Below are positions 51,469 to 61,538 of a stretch of DNA of 64,000 bases, one piece after another. This DNA is from Candidatus Omnitrophota bacterium (lineage in GTDB: Bacteria > Omnitrophota > Gorgyraeia > JAHIPI01), in NCBI GenBank assembly GCA_016783745.1, contig JADHVZ010000003.1:7112-71111 (forward strand), read 5' to 3'. Each line of letters starts with the position of its first letter. Positions within the stretch are counted from its first letter, which is position 1. The notes beneath the pieces were generated by a model, which saw only the letters and a list, made by a program, of their open reading frames with translations, had not been told where the DNA came from and did no database searches. Both the position numbers and the translations under genes were made by a program.

Positions 51469-51601
51469 AGGGGACGTGTCACTTGTGGGACATACCTTTA
51501 GGTGTGTCCTCAAGTGACATGTCCCCTTACTACACCCCCTTTAAGGAGTGTCCCCTTTTGACACGTCCCCTAATGACACGTCCCCTTCTCACACGTCCCC
51601 T
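51469..51601. repeat. REP-like cluster 2: exact copy of the 64-bp hairpin plus ACACGTCCCCT x3
   Basis: 51469-51532 identical to 50320-50383. Confidence 0.9.
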
Positions 51602-51614
51602 CAGATCTAATATA

Positions 51615-51643
51615 TTGACATAAATATTGACATAATATATAAT
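51615..51643 (+). promoter_or_regulatory. Consensus sigma70 promoter of the lysS operon
   Basis: TTGACA-17-TATAAT. Confidence 0.75.
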
Positions 51644-51676
51644 ATAAACTTAATTCGATAAACGGAGGGCAATAAT

Positions 51677-53089
51677 ATGTCTGATATACTCGAAACAAGG
51701 CACGAAAAACTTGATCTTTTGCGCGAAAAGGGGGTGGACCCATTCGGCGGACGCTTCTCTATCTCAAGCGGAGTCAAAGAGTTAGTGGATGATTTTAAAG
51801 AGGGGGCTAAGGCTGTGGTAGCCGGACGGATAATGGCCAAACGTAAGCACGGCAAGAGCATATTCTGCGACCTGAGAGACGAAAACGCGAAAATACAGCT
51901 CTATTTTAAGGCTGATCCGCTGGGTGCCGACAGCTTTGAGCTTTTCGATTCAGCGCTTGATATCGGTGACATAATAGGCGCGGAAGGAGAGACATTTAAG
52001 ACGAGGACAGGTGAGCCGACTCTTGCAGTGAAGAAATATACTGTTCTTGCAAAAAGCCTCAAGCCTCTTCCGGAAAAATGGCACGGGCTCAAAGACGTTG
52101 AGACGAGGTACAGGCAGAGATACCTGGACCTTATAGCCAACCCGGAGGTCAGGGAAGTATTCAAGATCCGCTGCGATATCATAAAGAATATACGCTCTAT
52201 CCTGGACTCCAAAGGTTATCTTGAAGTCGAGACACCGATGATGCACCCCATTCCGGGCGGCGCGGCAGGGAAGCCGTTTAAGACACATCACGAAGCTTTG
52301 GATATGGATCTATATCTCAGGGTCGCCCCTGAGCTTTATCTGAAAAAGCTTCTTGTGGGCGGTTTTGAAAAGGTTTATGAGATAAACAAGAGTTTTCGTA
52401 ATGAGGGCATTTCCACACGTCACAACCCTGAATTTACCATGCTCGAGGTCTATACCGCTTACGGTGATTGCGGGACTACAATGGAGCTTGTCAGGGAATT
52501 GATCACCGAAGCCGCGAAAAAGGTCATGGGAAAAGAGAAGCTTGAATATCAGGGAAAGACAATAGACCTTACAAAGTGGGAGACGGTATCATTCGCTAAA
52601 ATAATGAAAGAGGCTTATGATATAAATCCGGATGACGATGAGAAGGTATGGATAAGTAAGCTGAAGAAAAGTGGCGCAGAGATAGAAGGTAAGGAAATAG
52701 GAAGGACCGCTATACTCAACCTAATCGCCGACCTTATTGAGCCAAAGTCAAGCCATCCCATATTTGTTGTGGATATATTCAAGGAACTCTGTCCGTTAGC
52801 GAAAGCGAAGAAAGACGAGCCTCTTCTGACCGACAGGTTTGAACTTTTTATGGGCGGAATCGAAGTGGCCAACGCCTATTCGGAGCTCAATGACCCCATC
52901 GAACAGCGCGCGAGATTCGAGGAGCAGGCTGAGGGCGAGATCGACGAAGATTTTATAAGGGCTCTGGAGCACGGTATGCCTCCGGCCGGCGGCCTGGGTA
53001 TCGGCATCGACAGGCTAATAATGCTTTTTACGGATTCACCTTCCATTCGGGACGTGATCCTGTTCCCGCAGTTAAGAAAAGAGACATAA
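51677..53089 (+). CDS. lysS: Lysyl-tRNA synthetase (class II)
   Basis: LPEKWHGL..RYRQRYLDL, YLRVAPELYLK, FRNEG..HNPEFT, GLGIGIDRL..VILFP. Confidence 0.98.
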   Translation: MSDILETRHEKLDLLREKGVDPFGGRFSISSGVKELVDDFKEGAKAVVAGRIMAKRKHGKSIFCDLRDENAKIQLYFKADPLGADSFELFDSALDIGDIIGAEGETFKTRTGEPTLAVKKYTVLAKSLKPLPEKWHGLKDVETRYRQRYLDLIANPEVREVFKIRCDIIKNIRSILDSKGYLEVETPMMHPIPGGAAGKPFKTHHEALDMDLYLRVAPELYLKKLLVGGFEKVYEINKSFRNEGISTRHNPEFTMLEVYTAYGDCGTTMELVRELITEAAKKVMGKEKLEYQGKTIDLTKWETVSFAKIMKEAYDINPDDDEKVWISKLKKSGAEIEGKEIGRTAILNLIADLIEPKSSHPIFVVDIFKELCPLAKAKKDEPLLTDRFELFMGGIEVANAYSELNDPIEQRARFEEQAEGEIDEDFIRALEHGMPPAGGLGIGIDRLIMLFTDSPSIRDVILFPQLRKET

Positions 53090-54274
53090 ATGAACTGGCG
53101 GTTATTTGTTGCGTCACGATATCTCAAAACAAGAAGAGAGAAATTTATTTCTATAATAAGCCTTATATCGATCTTAGGCGTCGCGGTCGGTGTCGCCGCT
53201 CTAATAGTAGTCATAGCTGTTATGAGCGGCTTTGACAACGAGCTTAAGACAAGGATCATAGGGACCACGGCTCACATCTTCATAGAGCGTGATGACGGGG
53301 TGCTTTATCCGGATCCGCTTATCGATAAAGTCTTATCAGCGAATCAAGATGTAGTAAGCGAATCTCCCTTTATCGCGGGACAGGTCATATTAAAAAACGA
53401 TCTGATCTTCAGCGGCGCAATATTGACCGGGATCGATGAGGATACCGAAAAGTACGTAACCGACGTCAAGCAATATCTTGTTGAAGGCGGCTCTCCGCGT
53501 CTGGGCGATAACGGGATCTTAGTGGGAAGCGAGCTTGCGGACAAACTTGGCCTTGAGGTCGGAGATGAGGTGTCAGTTGTTTCCGCATCGACGAATAGGC
53601 CTTTTGATTTTATGGTCACGGGAACATTGCGGACCGGGTTATATACATTTGACGCGAGCAATATTTTTATAAGCCTGAAACCTGCCCAGGAATTGTTCGG
53701 CATAGAGCGCTTAGTGACCGGCGTATCAGTGAACATCAAGGACGCGCTGAAAGCGGACAAGGTAAAACGCGATATAGCCGTTGAGCTGGGGTTTCCTTAT
53801 TTCGTCAGAAGCTGGGTGGATCTGAATGCCAACCTGTTCAGCGCTCTGAAACTTGAGAAGATAGCCATGTTCATAATACTTACGCTCATCGTCATCGTGG
53901 CATGTTTCAATATCGCGAGCACACTGATAGTACGCGTTGTGCAGAAGACCAAGGATATCGGAATACTGAAGGCCATAGGCGCCACTAACAGGGATATCCG
54001 CGGGTTATTCAGGCTGGAAGGTTTATTTATTGGTTTAATTGGAACCGCGATAGGCACGGGAGTGGGTATATTTCTAGGCTGGCTTCAGAAGACATACAAG
54101 ATCATCAGGCTTTCTCCGGATGTATATTATATCGACGCGCTTCCGGTCTATATAAGCTGGCATGATCCTCTGGTAATAGCTTTTTCCGCTATTATTTTGA
54201 GCCTGATCGCCACATTATATCCGTCACACAAAGCATCCAGGCTTAATGTAGTCGACGCGCTAAGGTATGAGTGA
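53090..54274 (+). CDS. lolC: Lipoprotein-releasing ABC permease LolC/E
   Basis: RYL..FISIIS..GVAVGVAAL..MSGF, LFSALKLEK, DIGILKAIGA, ALRYE. Confidence 0.9.
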   Translation: MNWRLFVASRYLKTRREKFISIISLISILGVAVGVAALIVVIAVMSGFDNELKTRIIGTTAHIFIERDDGVLYPDPLIDKVLSANQDVVSESPFIAGQVILKNDLIFSGAILTGIDEDTEKYVTDVKQYLVEGGSPRLGDNGILVGSELADKLGLEVGDEVSVVSASTNRPFDFMVTGTLRTGLYTFDASNIFISLKPAQELFGIERLVTGVSVNIKDALKADKVKRDIAVELGFPYFVRSWVDLNANLFSALKLEKIAMFIILTLIVIVACFNIASTLIVRVVQKTKDIGILKAIGATNRDIRGLFRLEGLFIGLIGTAIGTGVGIFLGWLQKTYKIIRLSPDVYYIDALPVYISWHDPLVIAFSAIILSLIATLYPSHKASRLNVVDALRYE

Positions 54275-54959
54275 TATGGATCAGATAGTCGCGAGAGATC
54301 TACATAAAAGTTATTATAACGGCGGGAAACGGCTGCACGTAATAAGGGGGATAGATTTCGCGGTAAAAAAAGGGGCCGCGGTTTTCATCGTCGGGCCTTC
54401 CGGCGCCGGGAAATCCACCCTGCTTCACCTCCTGGCAGGGCTGGACAGGCCGGATAGCGGCGGTGTTGATTTCGACGGAACGGATATCTATAAGCTTTCT
54501 GACAGAAAGCGCTCGGAGCTTCGCAACCGGAAGATAGGTTTTGTGTTTCAGTTTTATCATCTGCTTCAGGAGTTTTCAGCGCTTGAGAATGTTATGCTTC
54601 CGGGCCTCATCAGGCGTGATCGTGACGTTGCGGGATTAAAAAAAAGGGCAAGGGATACCCTTGGCAGGGTGGGGCTTTCGTCAAAATGCGATAACAGGCC
54701 GTCAGAGCTTTCAGGCGGCGAACAGCAGCGGGTGGCTATAGCGCGCGCCTTGATAAATTCACCAGAAGTACTGTTTTGTGATGAGCCAACGGGCAATCTT
54801 GATTCTGAGAATGGACGCATGATATACGAATTGATCTTCGATCTGGTCAAAAAAAACGGCATTACTGTTATAGTAGTCACCCATCATGAAGGGTTTGCGG
54901 ACAGACACGCGCAGATTTTAGGCATAAAAGATGGGATTCTAACAAAAATTATGGTATAA
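54267..54959 (+). CDS. lolD: Lipoprotein-releasing ABC ATPase
   Basis: GPSGAGKST, GFVFQFYHLL, LSGGEQQR, DEPTGNLD. Confidence 0.9.
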   Translation: MSDMDQIVARDLHKSYYNGGKRLHVIRGIDFAVKKGAAVFIVGPSGAGKSTLLHLLAGLDRPDSGGVDFDGTDIYKLSDRKRSELRNRKIGFVFQFYHLLQEFSALENVMLPGLIRRDRDVAGLKKRARDTLGRVGLSSKCDNRPSELSGGEQQRVAIARALINSPEVLFCDEPTGNLDSENGRMIYELIFDLVKKNGITVIVVTHHEGFADRHAQILGIKDGILTKIMV

Positions 54960-54988
54960 TTATGAAATAAAACAATAGGAGTGTATAT

Positions 54989-55876
54989 ATGGGCATTAAA
55001 ATTAATATAAATGGTAAGTATTATGACAAAAAAGACGCGAAGATCTCTGTCTTTGACCACGGCCTTCTTTACGGTGACGGTGTTTTTGAGGGTATCAGGT
55101 CATACAGCAGACTTGTGTTTAAACTGAAAGAGCATGTGGATAGGCTTTATGAGTCCGCGAAGTCGATCATGCTTGAAATACCCATGAGTAAGCAGCAGAT
55201 GGCGAAGGCCGTTATCTCAACTCTAAAGGCCAATAAGCTCAAGGATGCATATATCAGGCTTGTGGTCACAAGAGGAGAAGGTGACCTGGGGCTTGACCCG
55301 CGAAAATGCAAAGGAAACGCGACAGTTATTATCATAGCTGATAAGATAGCCCTTTATCCTGAACAGCATCCTGAACAGCTTTGCAAGAAGGGACTTGAGA
55401 TCATAACCGTACCCACGATCAGGAATCTCCCGGAGGCGCTTAACCCGCAAATAAAATCGCTTAATTACTTGAATAACATCCTGGCCAAAATAGAAGCTGT
55501 GAATTGCGGTTTCCAGGAAGCGATCATGCTGGATTCACTCGGTTATGTCGCCGAGTGTACAGGCGATAATATCTTTATCGTAAAACGCGGAGAGCTCTAT
55601 ACTCCACCGCAGTGTATGGGGACATTGAGAGGCATCACCCGGGATACTATACTGGATATCGCCAGAAAGAAACGCTTGGGAGCCCATGAGCATGTGCTCA
55701 CCCGCCATGAGGTATATATTTCCGATGAGGTGTTTTTGACCGGGACCGCAGCCGAGGTCATTCCCGTTGTAAAAGTCGACGGCCGTAAGATAGGGGACGG
55801 TAAGCCCGGCAAAACGACTCTCATGCTGATGAAGGAATATAAGAAACTGACGAAGAAAGAGGGGGTTAGGTATTAG
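54989..55876 (+). CDS. ilvE: Branched-chain amino acid aminotransferase
   Basis: DHGLLYGDGVFEGIR, IKSLNY, GITR, TGTAAE. Confidence 0.95.
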   Translation: MGIKININGKYYDKKDAKISVFDHGLLYGDGVFEGIRSYSRLVFKLKEHVDRLYESAKSIMLEIPMSKQQMAKAVISTLKANKLKDAYIRLVVTRGEGDLGLDPRKCKGNATVIIIADKIALYPEQHPEQLCKKGLEIITVPTIRNLPEALNPQIKSLNYLNNILAKIEAVNCGFQEAIMLDSLGYVAECTGDNIFIVKRGELYTPPQCMGTLRGITRDTILDIARKKRLGAHEHVLTRHEVYISDEVFLTGTAAEVIPVVKVDGRKIGDGKPGKTTLMLMKEYKKLTKKEGVRY

Positions 55877-55924
55877 GTTTAAGGAATTTCTCCACACCCT
55901 GACACCTTGACACTTTGACACTTT
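55862..55924. repeat. Short-unit tandem repeats (TTAGGTn left, ACACYYTG x4 right)
   Basis: TTAGGTA TTAGGTT TAAGG ... ACACCCTG ACACCTTG ACACTTTG ACACTTT. Confidence 0.65.
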
Positions 55925-55943
55925 ATAACAAGGAGGTGGCTTT

Positions 55944-56540
55944 ATGAAGCCTAAGGTACATTCCCGCAGGCAGTATTTAATAAACAGGCAGTTGCAGCTA
56001 TCATACGCCTGGCTTCTTATTTTGTGCGTAGGATTGGTGATCATCATCTTTGGTTTGTCTCTGTGGTATGTGAATAAGATGCATCTGAGCCTTTTTTACA
56101 GCATTGTAGGCGAAGAAGCCCTCCCTAAGCACTATATAAACACCGTGCAAAATCAGTTTTTGGTGGGAACGATTATAGCCGTAGCCGTGGTATCCGGCCT
56201 GCTTCTTATCCTCGGAATATATGCCTCGCACAGGATAGCGGGGCCCGCTTACCGGATCACGAAAAATCTCAATCGTGTAGGCGTGGAGAACGAAATGGAT
56301 ACTATCCAGGTCCGCAAAAAGGACCAGCTTAAGGAGATGGCTGATGCCTTTAACCACATGGTGCATGCTTTAAAGGATAAGATGTATCAAGATATGCGGC
56401 TCATAGATCAGGTAAAGACAAGGATCGTGCAGCTTCACGAGAGCCTGCGCGGTGAAAGCCTGGACATAAAGAAGCTCTCCGAGCAAGTCAAAGAGATAGA
56501 AAAAATAGCAACAGAACTGCGTAATAGAAAATATATTTAA
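55944..56540 (+). CDS. 2-TM HAMP-domain membrane protein (paralogue of 49083..49685)
   Basis: RRQYLI..LQ, two TMs, SHRIAGPAY, VRKKDQL..MADAFN; AGGAGG RBS. Confidence 0.8.
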   Translation: MKPKVHSRRQYLINRQLQLSYAWLLILCVGLVIIIFGLSLWYVNKMHLSLFYSIVGEEALPKHYINTVQNQFLVGTIIAVAVVSGLLLILGIYASHRIAGPAYRITKNLNRVGVENEMDTIQVRKKDQLKEMADAFNHMVHALKDKMYQDMRLIDQVKTRIVQLHESLRGESLDIKKLSEQVKEIEKIATELRNRKYI

Positions 56541-56555
56541 ACGGGGGAGAAACAC

Positions 56556-57047
56556 ATGGTATGCGATATTTGTGGCAATATGGATGCCACGGTACATCTT
56601 ACGGAGATCGTAAACGATCAGATGACAAAACTCCATCTCTGCGAGGAATGCGCAAAGAAAAAAGGCGCTGAGATGGAAGAGCATTTCGGACTGGCGGATC
56701 TTCTTGCGGGGCTGGCGGATGTCGGTACGCCTTTACAAGTGTCCGATGAAAAAAAGCTCAAATGTGATTCATGCGGCCTTACTTATTCCGATTTTAAAAA
56801 GATAGGCAGGCTTGGGTGCGGCCAGTGCTATGATAAATTTCGCTCGTATCTGGTGCCTCTGTTCAAGCGCATACACGGCTCCGATGTCCATCTCGGAAAG
56901 GTGCCTCATCAGAAGACAAAAACGCCTAAACAGAATAAAGTGAATACCGAAGACCTTAAAAGGCGGCTTAAGAGGGCTGTGGAGCTGGAAGAGTTTGAAG
57001 AGGCGGTGAAATTGAGGGACGAGATCAAAAAGTATGAGCGGAAGTAA
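56556..57047 (+). CDS. mcsA: McsA (CxxC + UVR)
   Basis: Four CxxC motifs, GRLGC..CY, EEFEEAVKLRDEI. Confidence 0.93.
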   Translation: MVCDICGNMDATVHLTEIVNDQMTKLHLCEECAKKKGAEMEEHFGLADLLAGLADVGTPLQVSDEKKLKCDSCGLTYSDFKKIGRLGCGQCYDKFRSYLVPLFKRIHGSDVHLGKVPHQKTKTPKQNKVNTEDLKRRLKRAVELEEFEEAVKLRDEIKKYERK

Positions 57048-57066
57048 TTAAAAACGGGGGAAGCGG

Positions 57067-58116
57067 ATGAAGATAAACGACCTTATAACACAAACGGGCG
57101 AATGGCTTAAGGGTGACGGCCCTAACGCGGATATCGTCATATCAAGCAGGGTGCGCCTGGCGCGTAATATAAAAGGATTTCCATTTTATCACTGGGCGGG
57201 TAAAAAGGAAAAAGAAGAGATATTATCTATTGTAAAAAACGCCATCTCTAAATCCAAATATATGAAAGGCTCACTTTTCGTAAAGATAGCGGCTATAGAT
57301 GAAATAGACAGGCAATTTCTTGTGGAACGGCACCTTATGAGCCGTGAGCACGCCGTAAATGATGAATTTAAAGCCCTTTCGGTCGATGATCGGGAGGTCA
57401 TGTCAGTGATGATCAATGAGGAAGACCATATAAGGGCTCAAGCCATTCAATCCAGTTTTAACCTTATGGATACATGGCGGGTACTGTCAGAACTTGATAA
57501 TGAACTTGAGGACAAGATGGATTTCGCGTACTCGGATAGATGGGGTTATCTTACCGCGTGCCCGACGAATATCGGTACGGGCCTGAGGGCATCGGTGATG
57601 CTGCATCTTCCGGCGCTTGTGATAACCAACCATATCAGCAGAGTGCTTCAGGCTATATCAAAGCTCGGCGTCATGGCGAGAGGGCTTTTCGGCGAAGGCA
57701 CTGAGGCAAGCGGAAATTTTTTCCAGATCTCAAACCAGGTCACTCTGGGGCATACGGAAGAGGATATCATAGATAATATGGAGAAGCTGGTCAACCAGGT
57801 GGTAGGAAGAGAGAAAAGCGCCAGGGAGTATCTTTTGACGCAGAACAAGCCAGCGCTTTTTGACAAGATATGGAGGGCGTTTGGGACTTTAAAGAGCGCC
57901 AGGATCATAACAAGTGATGAGACTATAAGGCTTCTTTCTCTTATCAGGCTCGGCGTAGATCTGGAAGTCATAAAAGATATCGACAGAAGGACCATGAACG
58001 AACTTTTTATATATATGCAGCCGGCGCATCTTCAAAAACTTGAAGGCAAAAAACTTTCTTCCATGGAAAGGGACATGAGAAGAGCGGATTTAATAAGGTC
58101 GAAGTTGAAGGTGTAG
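57067..58116 (+). CDS. mcsB: Protein arginine kinase McsB
   Basis: SSRVRLARN, MINEEDH, TACPTNIGTGLRAS, QISNQ. Confidence 0.95.
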   Translation: MKINDLITQTGEWLKGDGPNADIVISSRVRLARNIKGFPFYHWAGKKEKEEILSIVKNAISKSKYMKGSLFVKIAAIDEIDRQFLVERHLMSREHAVNDEFKALSVDDREVMSVMINEEDHIRAQAIQSSFNLMDTWRVLSELDNELEDKMDFAYSDRWGYLTACPTNIGTGLRASVMLHLPALVITNHISRVLQAISKLGVMARGLFGEGTEASGNFFQISNQVTLGHTEEDIIDNMEKLVNQVVGREKSAREYLLTQNKPALFDKIWRAFGTLKSARIITSDETIRLLSLIRLGVDLEVIKDIDRRTMNELFIYMQPAHLQKLEGKKLSSMERDMRRADLIRSKLKV

Positions 58117-58120
58117 TAAA

Positions 58121-58214
58121 ACGGTTTACGGTGAACGGTTCACGGTTTACGGTTAACAGAACAACCGTAGGATTTTTAAAACCGTTAACCGTACACCGAA
58201 AACCGATAACCGAA
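58121..58214. repeat. Heptamer-unit hairpin (ACGGTnn x5 / nACCGnn x5)
   Basis: ACGGTTT ACGGTGA ACGGTTC ACGGTTT ACGGTTA ... AACCGTT AACCGTA CACCGAA AACCGAT AACCGAA. Confidence 0.9.
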
Positions 58215-58238
58215 ATATATATTCAGGAGGCATAATCA

Positions 58239-60677
58239 ATGGCGATGTTCAATAGATTTACAGAAAGGGCGAGAAAGGTTATTTTACTGGCTAAAGAGGA
58301 AGCCAAAAGATTTAACCATGACTATATCGGCACAGAACACGTACTACTGGGCCTGGTCAGAGAAGGTGAAGGGGTGGCGGCTGCCGTACTTGAAAGCCTG
58401 GGGCTAAGTTCTGATAATGTACGCATGGAGATCGAAAAGCTTGTGAAGGCCGGACCCAGTACTCTTATTTCCGGCGATTTACCGTTTACGCCAAAGGCTA
58501 AAAAAGTCATGGAGCTTTCTATGGATGAGGCAGTTTCTCTGGGCCATAATTATATCGGTACGGAACACCTGCTCTTAGGGCTTTTGCGTGAAGGAGAAGG
58601 TGTTGCCGCGCAGGTTTTGATAGCCTTAGGATTGGATATGAGTAAGGCCAGGACTGAGGTCATGAGGCTTCTGGGCTCCACTACTCCAGGCTTTGGAGCA
58701 CAGCAAAAATCTCAGGCAGCCCGGGGCCAGAAAAAGGCGCCGGCCCTTCAGGCTTTCGCCCGTGACCTGACTGAACTAGCGAAGCAGAATAAGCTGGATC
58801 CCGTAATAGGGCGCAGTAATGAGATAGAGAGAGTCATTCAGATATTGAGCAGGCGTACCAAGAATAATCCTGTTTTACTTGGCGAGGCCGGAGTCGGCAA
58901 GACCGCCATAGTTGAAGGACTTGCGCAGAAGATAATCAATGGTGACATACCGGAGACACTTAAGGGCAAACGGATCCTCATATTGGATCTTGCGCTTATG
59001 GTAGCCGGCACCAAGTATAGGGGGCAATTTGAAGAGAGAATAAAGGCCGTTATGGAGGAGATAAAGCGCTCCGACGAACTTATTATTTTCATAGATGAAC
59101 TTCATACACTTGTCGGCGCGGGCGCGGCAGAAGGCGCTATAGACGCGTCGAACATCTTAAAACCTTCGCTTTCCAGGGGGGAGATACAATGTATCGGCGC
59201 GACAACACTTGATGAGTATCGAAAACATATAGAGAAGGACGCCGCGTTAGAGAGAAGATTTCAGACTATCATGGTGGATCCGCCGACAGTGGAGGAGACA
59301 ATAGAGATACTCAAGGGTTTAAGGGATAAATATGAAGCGCACCATAGGGTGAAATTCACAGATGAGGCGGTTGAAGCCGCGGCCAGGTTATCGGATAGAT
59401 ATATCAGCGGAAGGTTTCTTCCGGATAAAGCAATAGACGTGATAGACGAAGCCGGTTCGCGCGCAAGGCTTGCCACTATGACCGTCCCTCCGGATGTGAA
59501 AAAACTGGAAGAGGAAATAGACAATTTTAAAAAAGAAAAAGACGCGGCTGTAGAGGCGCAGAATTTTGAAAAAGCGGCCGAATACAGAGACATGGAGAGA
59601 AAGTCAAGGGACACGCTTGTTGTTACCAAGAAAGAGTGGAGCCAGAAGAAGGGCACAGATGAACCCGAAGTAGGCGTCGAGGACATCGAAGTCATAGTGT
59701 CGAAATGGACAGGCATACCTCTTTCGAGATTGGAGGAAAAAGAAGGGGAAAAATTCCTTAAGATGGAAAATGGCCTTAAAAAGAAGGTAGTGGGCCAGAA
59801 TGAGGCGATCTCAGCTATCGCGCGCGCTGTCAGACGCTCGAGAGCGGGCATCAAAGACCCTAACAGACCCATAGGCTCATTCGTATTCCTGGGGCCGACA
59901 GGAGTCGGTAAGACACTTCTCGGCAGGGCCCTTGCGGAATACATGTTTGGTGATGAGAACGCCATAATCCAGATAGACATGTCAGAGTACATGGAGAAGT
60001 TTAACATCTCAAGGCTGGTCGGCGCGCCTCCGGGGTATGTGGGATACGAAGAAGGAGGCCAGCTTACTGAAAGGGTAAGGAGAAAACCTTATTCTGTCGT
60101 GCTTCTGGATGAGATTGAAAAAGCGCATCCCGACGTGTTCAATATTTTACTGCAGGTCATGGAGGAAGGGCGCATGACAGACTCTTTCGGCAGGCGCGTT
60201 GATTTCAAGAATACGATCATCATCATGACCTCGAATATCGGCGCGGAGATGCTGAGAAAACAGGGGGCTATAGGTTTCAAGACGCAAAATCAGGAACAAG
60301 AAAATTACAAGACTATGAAGTCAAGGCTGATGGATGAGGTAAAGAAGACATTTAAGCCGGAATTCCTTAACAGGGTCGACGATATAATAGTCTTCCACCA
60401 GTTGACAAGGGAAGACCTCAGCGAAATAGTAGACATAGAGATAATGGATGTAAAGGAGCGCCTTGAAAATCAGAATATTAAGATAACACTCGATAAAGAC
60501 GCGAGGGAATTTTTGGTGGAAAAAGGCTTTGACCCTGTTTTTGGAGCGAGGCCGCTTAAGAGGACCATTCAGAGGTACATCGAAGACCCTCTGGCGGAAG
60601 AGATAATCTCCGGAAAATTTAAATCCGGTTCCATGGTCAAGGTCACAAAGAAGGGGAATGAACTTGCTTTTAAATAA
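58239..60677 (+). CDS. clpC: ClpC AAA+ chaperone
   Basis: Two Clp-N repeats, [11 protein letters not shown]-like middle domain, [22 protein letters not shown] loop. Confidence 0.97.
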   Translation: MAMFNRFTERARKVILLAKEEAKRFNHDYIGTEHVLLGLVREGEGVAAAVLESLGLSSDNVRMEIEKLVKAGPSTLISGDLPFTPKAKKVMELSMDEAVSLGHNYIGTEHLLLGLLREGEGVAAQVLIALGLDMSKARTEVMRLLGSTTPGFGAQQKSQAARGQKKAPALQAFARDLTELAKQNKLDPVIGRSNEIERVIQILSRRTKNNPVLLGEAGVGKTAIVEGLAQKIINGDIPETLKGKRILILDLALMVAGTKYRGQFEERIKAVMEEIKRSDELIIFIDELHTLVGAGAAEGAIDASNILKPSLSRGEIQCIGATTLDEYRKHIEKDAALERRFQTIMVDPPTVEETIEILKGLRDKYEAHHRVKFTDEAVEAAARLSDRYISGRFLPDKAIDVIDEAGSRARLATMTVPPDVKKLEEEIDNFKKEKDAAVEAQNFEKAAEYRDMERKSRDTLVVTKKEWSQKKGTDEPEVGVEDIEVIVSKWTGIPLSRLEEKEGEKFLKMENGLKKKVVGQNEAISAIARAVRRSRAGIKDPNRPIGSFVFLGPTGVGKTLLGRALAEYMFGDENAIIQIDMSEYMEKFNISRLVGAPPGYVGYEEGGQLTERVRRKPYSVVLLDEIEKAHPDVFNILLQVMEEGRMTDSFGRRVDFKNTIIIMTSNIGAEMLRKQGAIGFKTQNQEQENYKTMKSRLMDEVKKTFKPEFLNRVDDIIVFHQLTREDLSEIVDIEIMDVKERLENQNIKITLDKDAREFLVEKGFDPVFGARPLKRTIQRYIEDPLAEEIISGKFKSGSMVKVTKKGNELAFK

Positions 60678-61524
60678 AAATAACTCTGCGAATAACGGCG
60701 AAGAAGATCTTAGATTATTCGGGGAGACCTTTCGGGAAGTAAGAGGCTGGCCTAAAGCTATAGGCGGGAAATTTATCAGCGGCGTCGGTTATATAGGCGG
60801 CTCCTGCATACTTTTGGCCCAGACCGTCTTCTGGTCCTTCGCGGGCCCCCTTAAAAGAAGACATACCCTGGATCAGATGAGCAAAATAGGCGTAAACAGC
60901 CTGCCTATAGTGTTGATGATCAGTCTTTTTACGGGGATGGTGCTTGCTCTGCAGAGCGCTTATCAGATGCAGAAGATGTCCGCGGAGATGTATATCGCTT
61001 CGCTTGTGTCTCTTTCTATTACAAGGGAGCTCGGGCCTGTGCTTACCGCCCTGATAATAGCCGGCAGGGTCGGGGCCTCGATCACCGCAGAGCTTGGCAC
61101 TATGAAAGTGACCGAGCAGATAGACGCCCTCGAAGCCCTGGCGACTAATCCGGTCAGATACCTCGTGGTCCCGAGATTTCTGGCCCTTACGTTTATGCTC
61201 CCGCTTTTAACTATTTACGCCGACATAACAGGAATATTCGGAGGGTACGTAGTAGGCGTTTTCAAACTGGGGATAAGTTCGAATATGTATTGGAGGATGG
61301 CGTATGACCCCTTGATCTTTAAGGATATATTCACGGGCCTCATAAAAAGTTTCGCTTTCGGCATGATAATAGCGGTTGTAGCGTGTTTCCAGGGGCTTAA
61401 TACCGAAGGCGGAGCCGAAGGAGTGGGCAGAGCTACGACACTGGCAGTCGTCGTAAGCTTCATAATGATAATAGCCGCGGACTGTTTCTTTACGGCATTA
61501 TTTTATTTTGTTTACACCGTATAG
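60658..61524 (+). CDS. mlaE: MlaE-family ABC permease (start uncertain)
   Basis: RELGPVLTAL..AGRVG..AELGTMKVTEQIDAL, GGAEGVGRATT. Confidence 0.93.
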   Translation: MNLLLNKNNSANNGEEDLRLFGETFREVRGWPKAIGGKFISGVGYIGGSCILLAQTVFWSFAGPLKRRHTLDQMSKIGVNSLPIVLMISLFTGMVLALQSAYQMQKMSAEMYIASLVSLSITRELGPVLTALIIAGRVGASITAELGTMKVTEQIDALEALATNPVRYLVVPRFLALTFMLPLLTIYADITGIFGGYVVGVFKLGISSNMYWRMAYDPLIFKDIFTGLIKSFAFGMIIAVVACFQGLNTEGGAEGVGRATTLAVVVSFIMIIAADCFFTALFYFVYTV

Positions 61525-61538
61525 ACCAAAGGTAAACC

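Noticed and set aside
50293-51601. Repeat clusters (also 12150, 29095, 58121) as CRISPR arrays
   Set aside because: No constant 23-47-bp repeat with unique regular spacers, and no cas genes.
58121-58214. Heptamer repeats before clpC as CtsR boxes
   Set aside because: The units do not match the GGTCAAA-type CtsR heptad with 3-nt spacing, and the same architecture occurs at unrelated loci.
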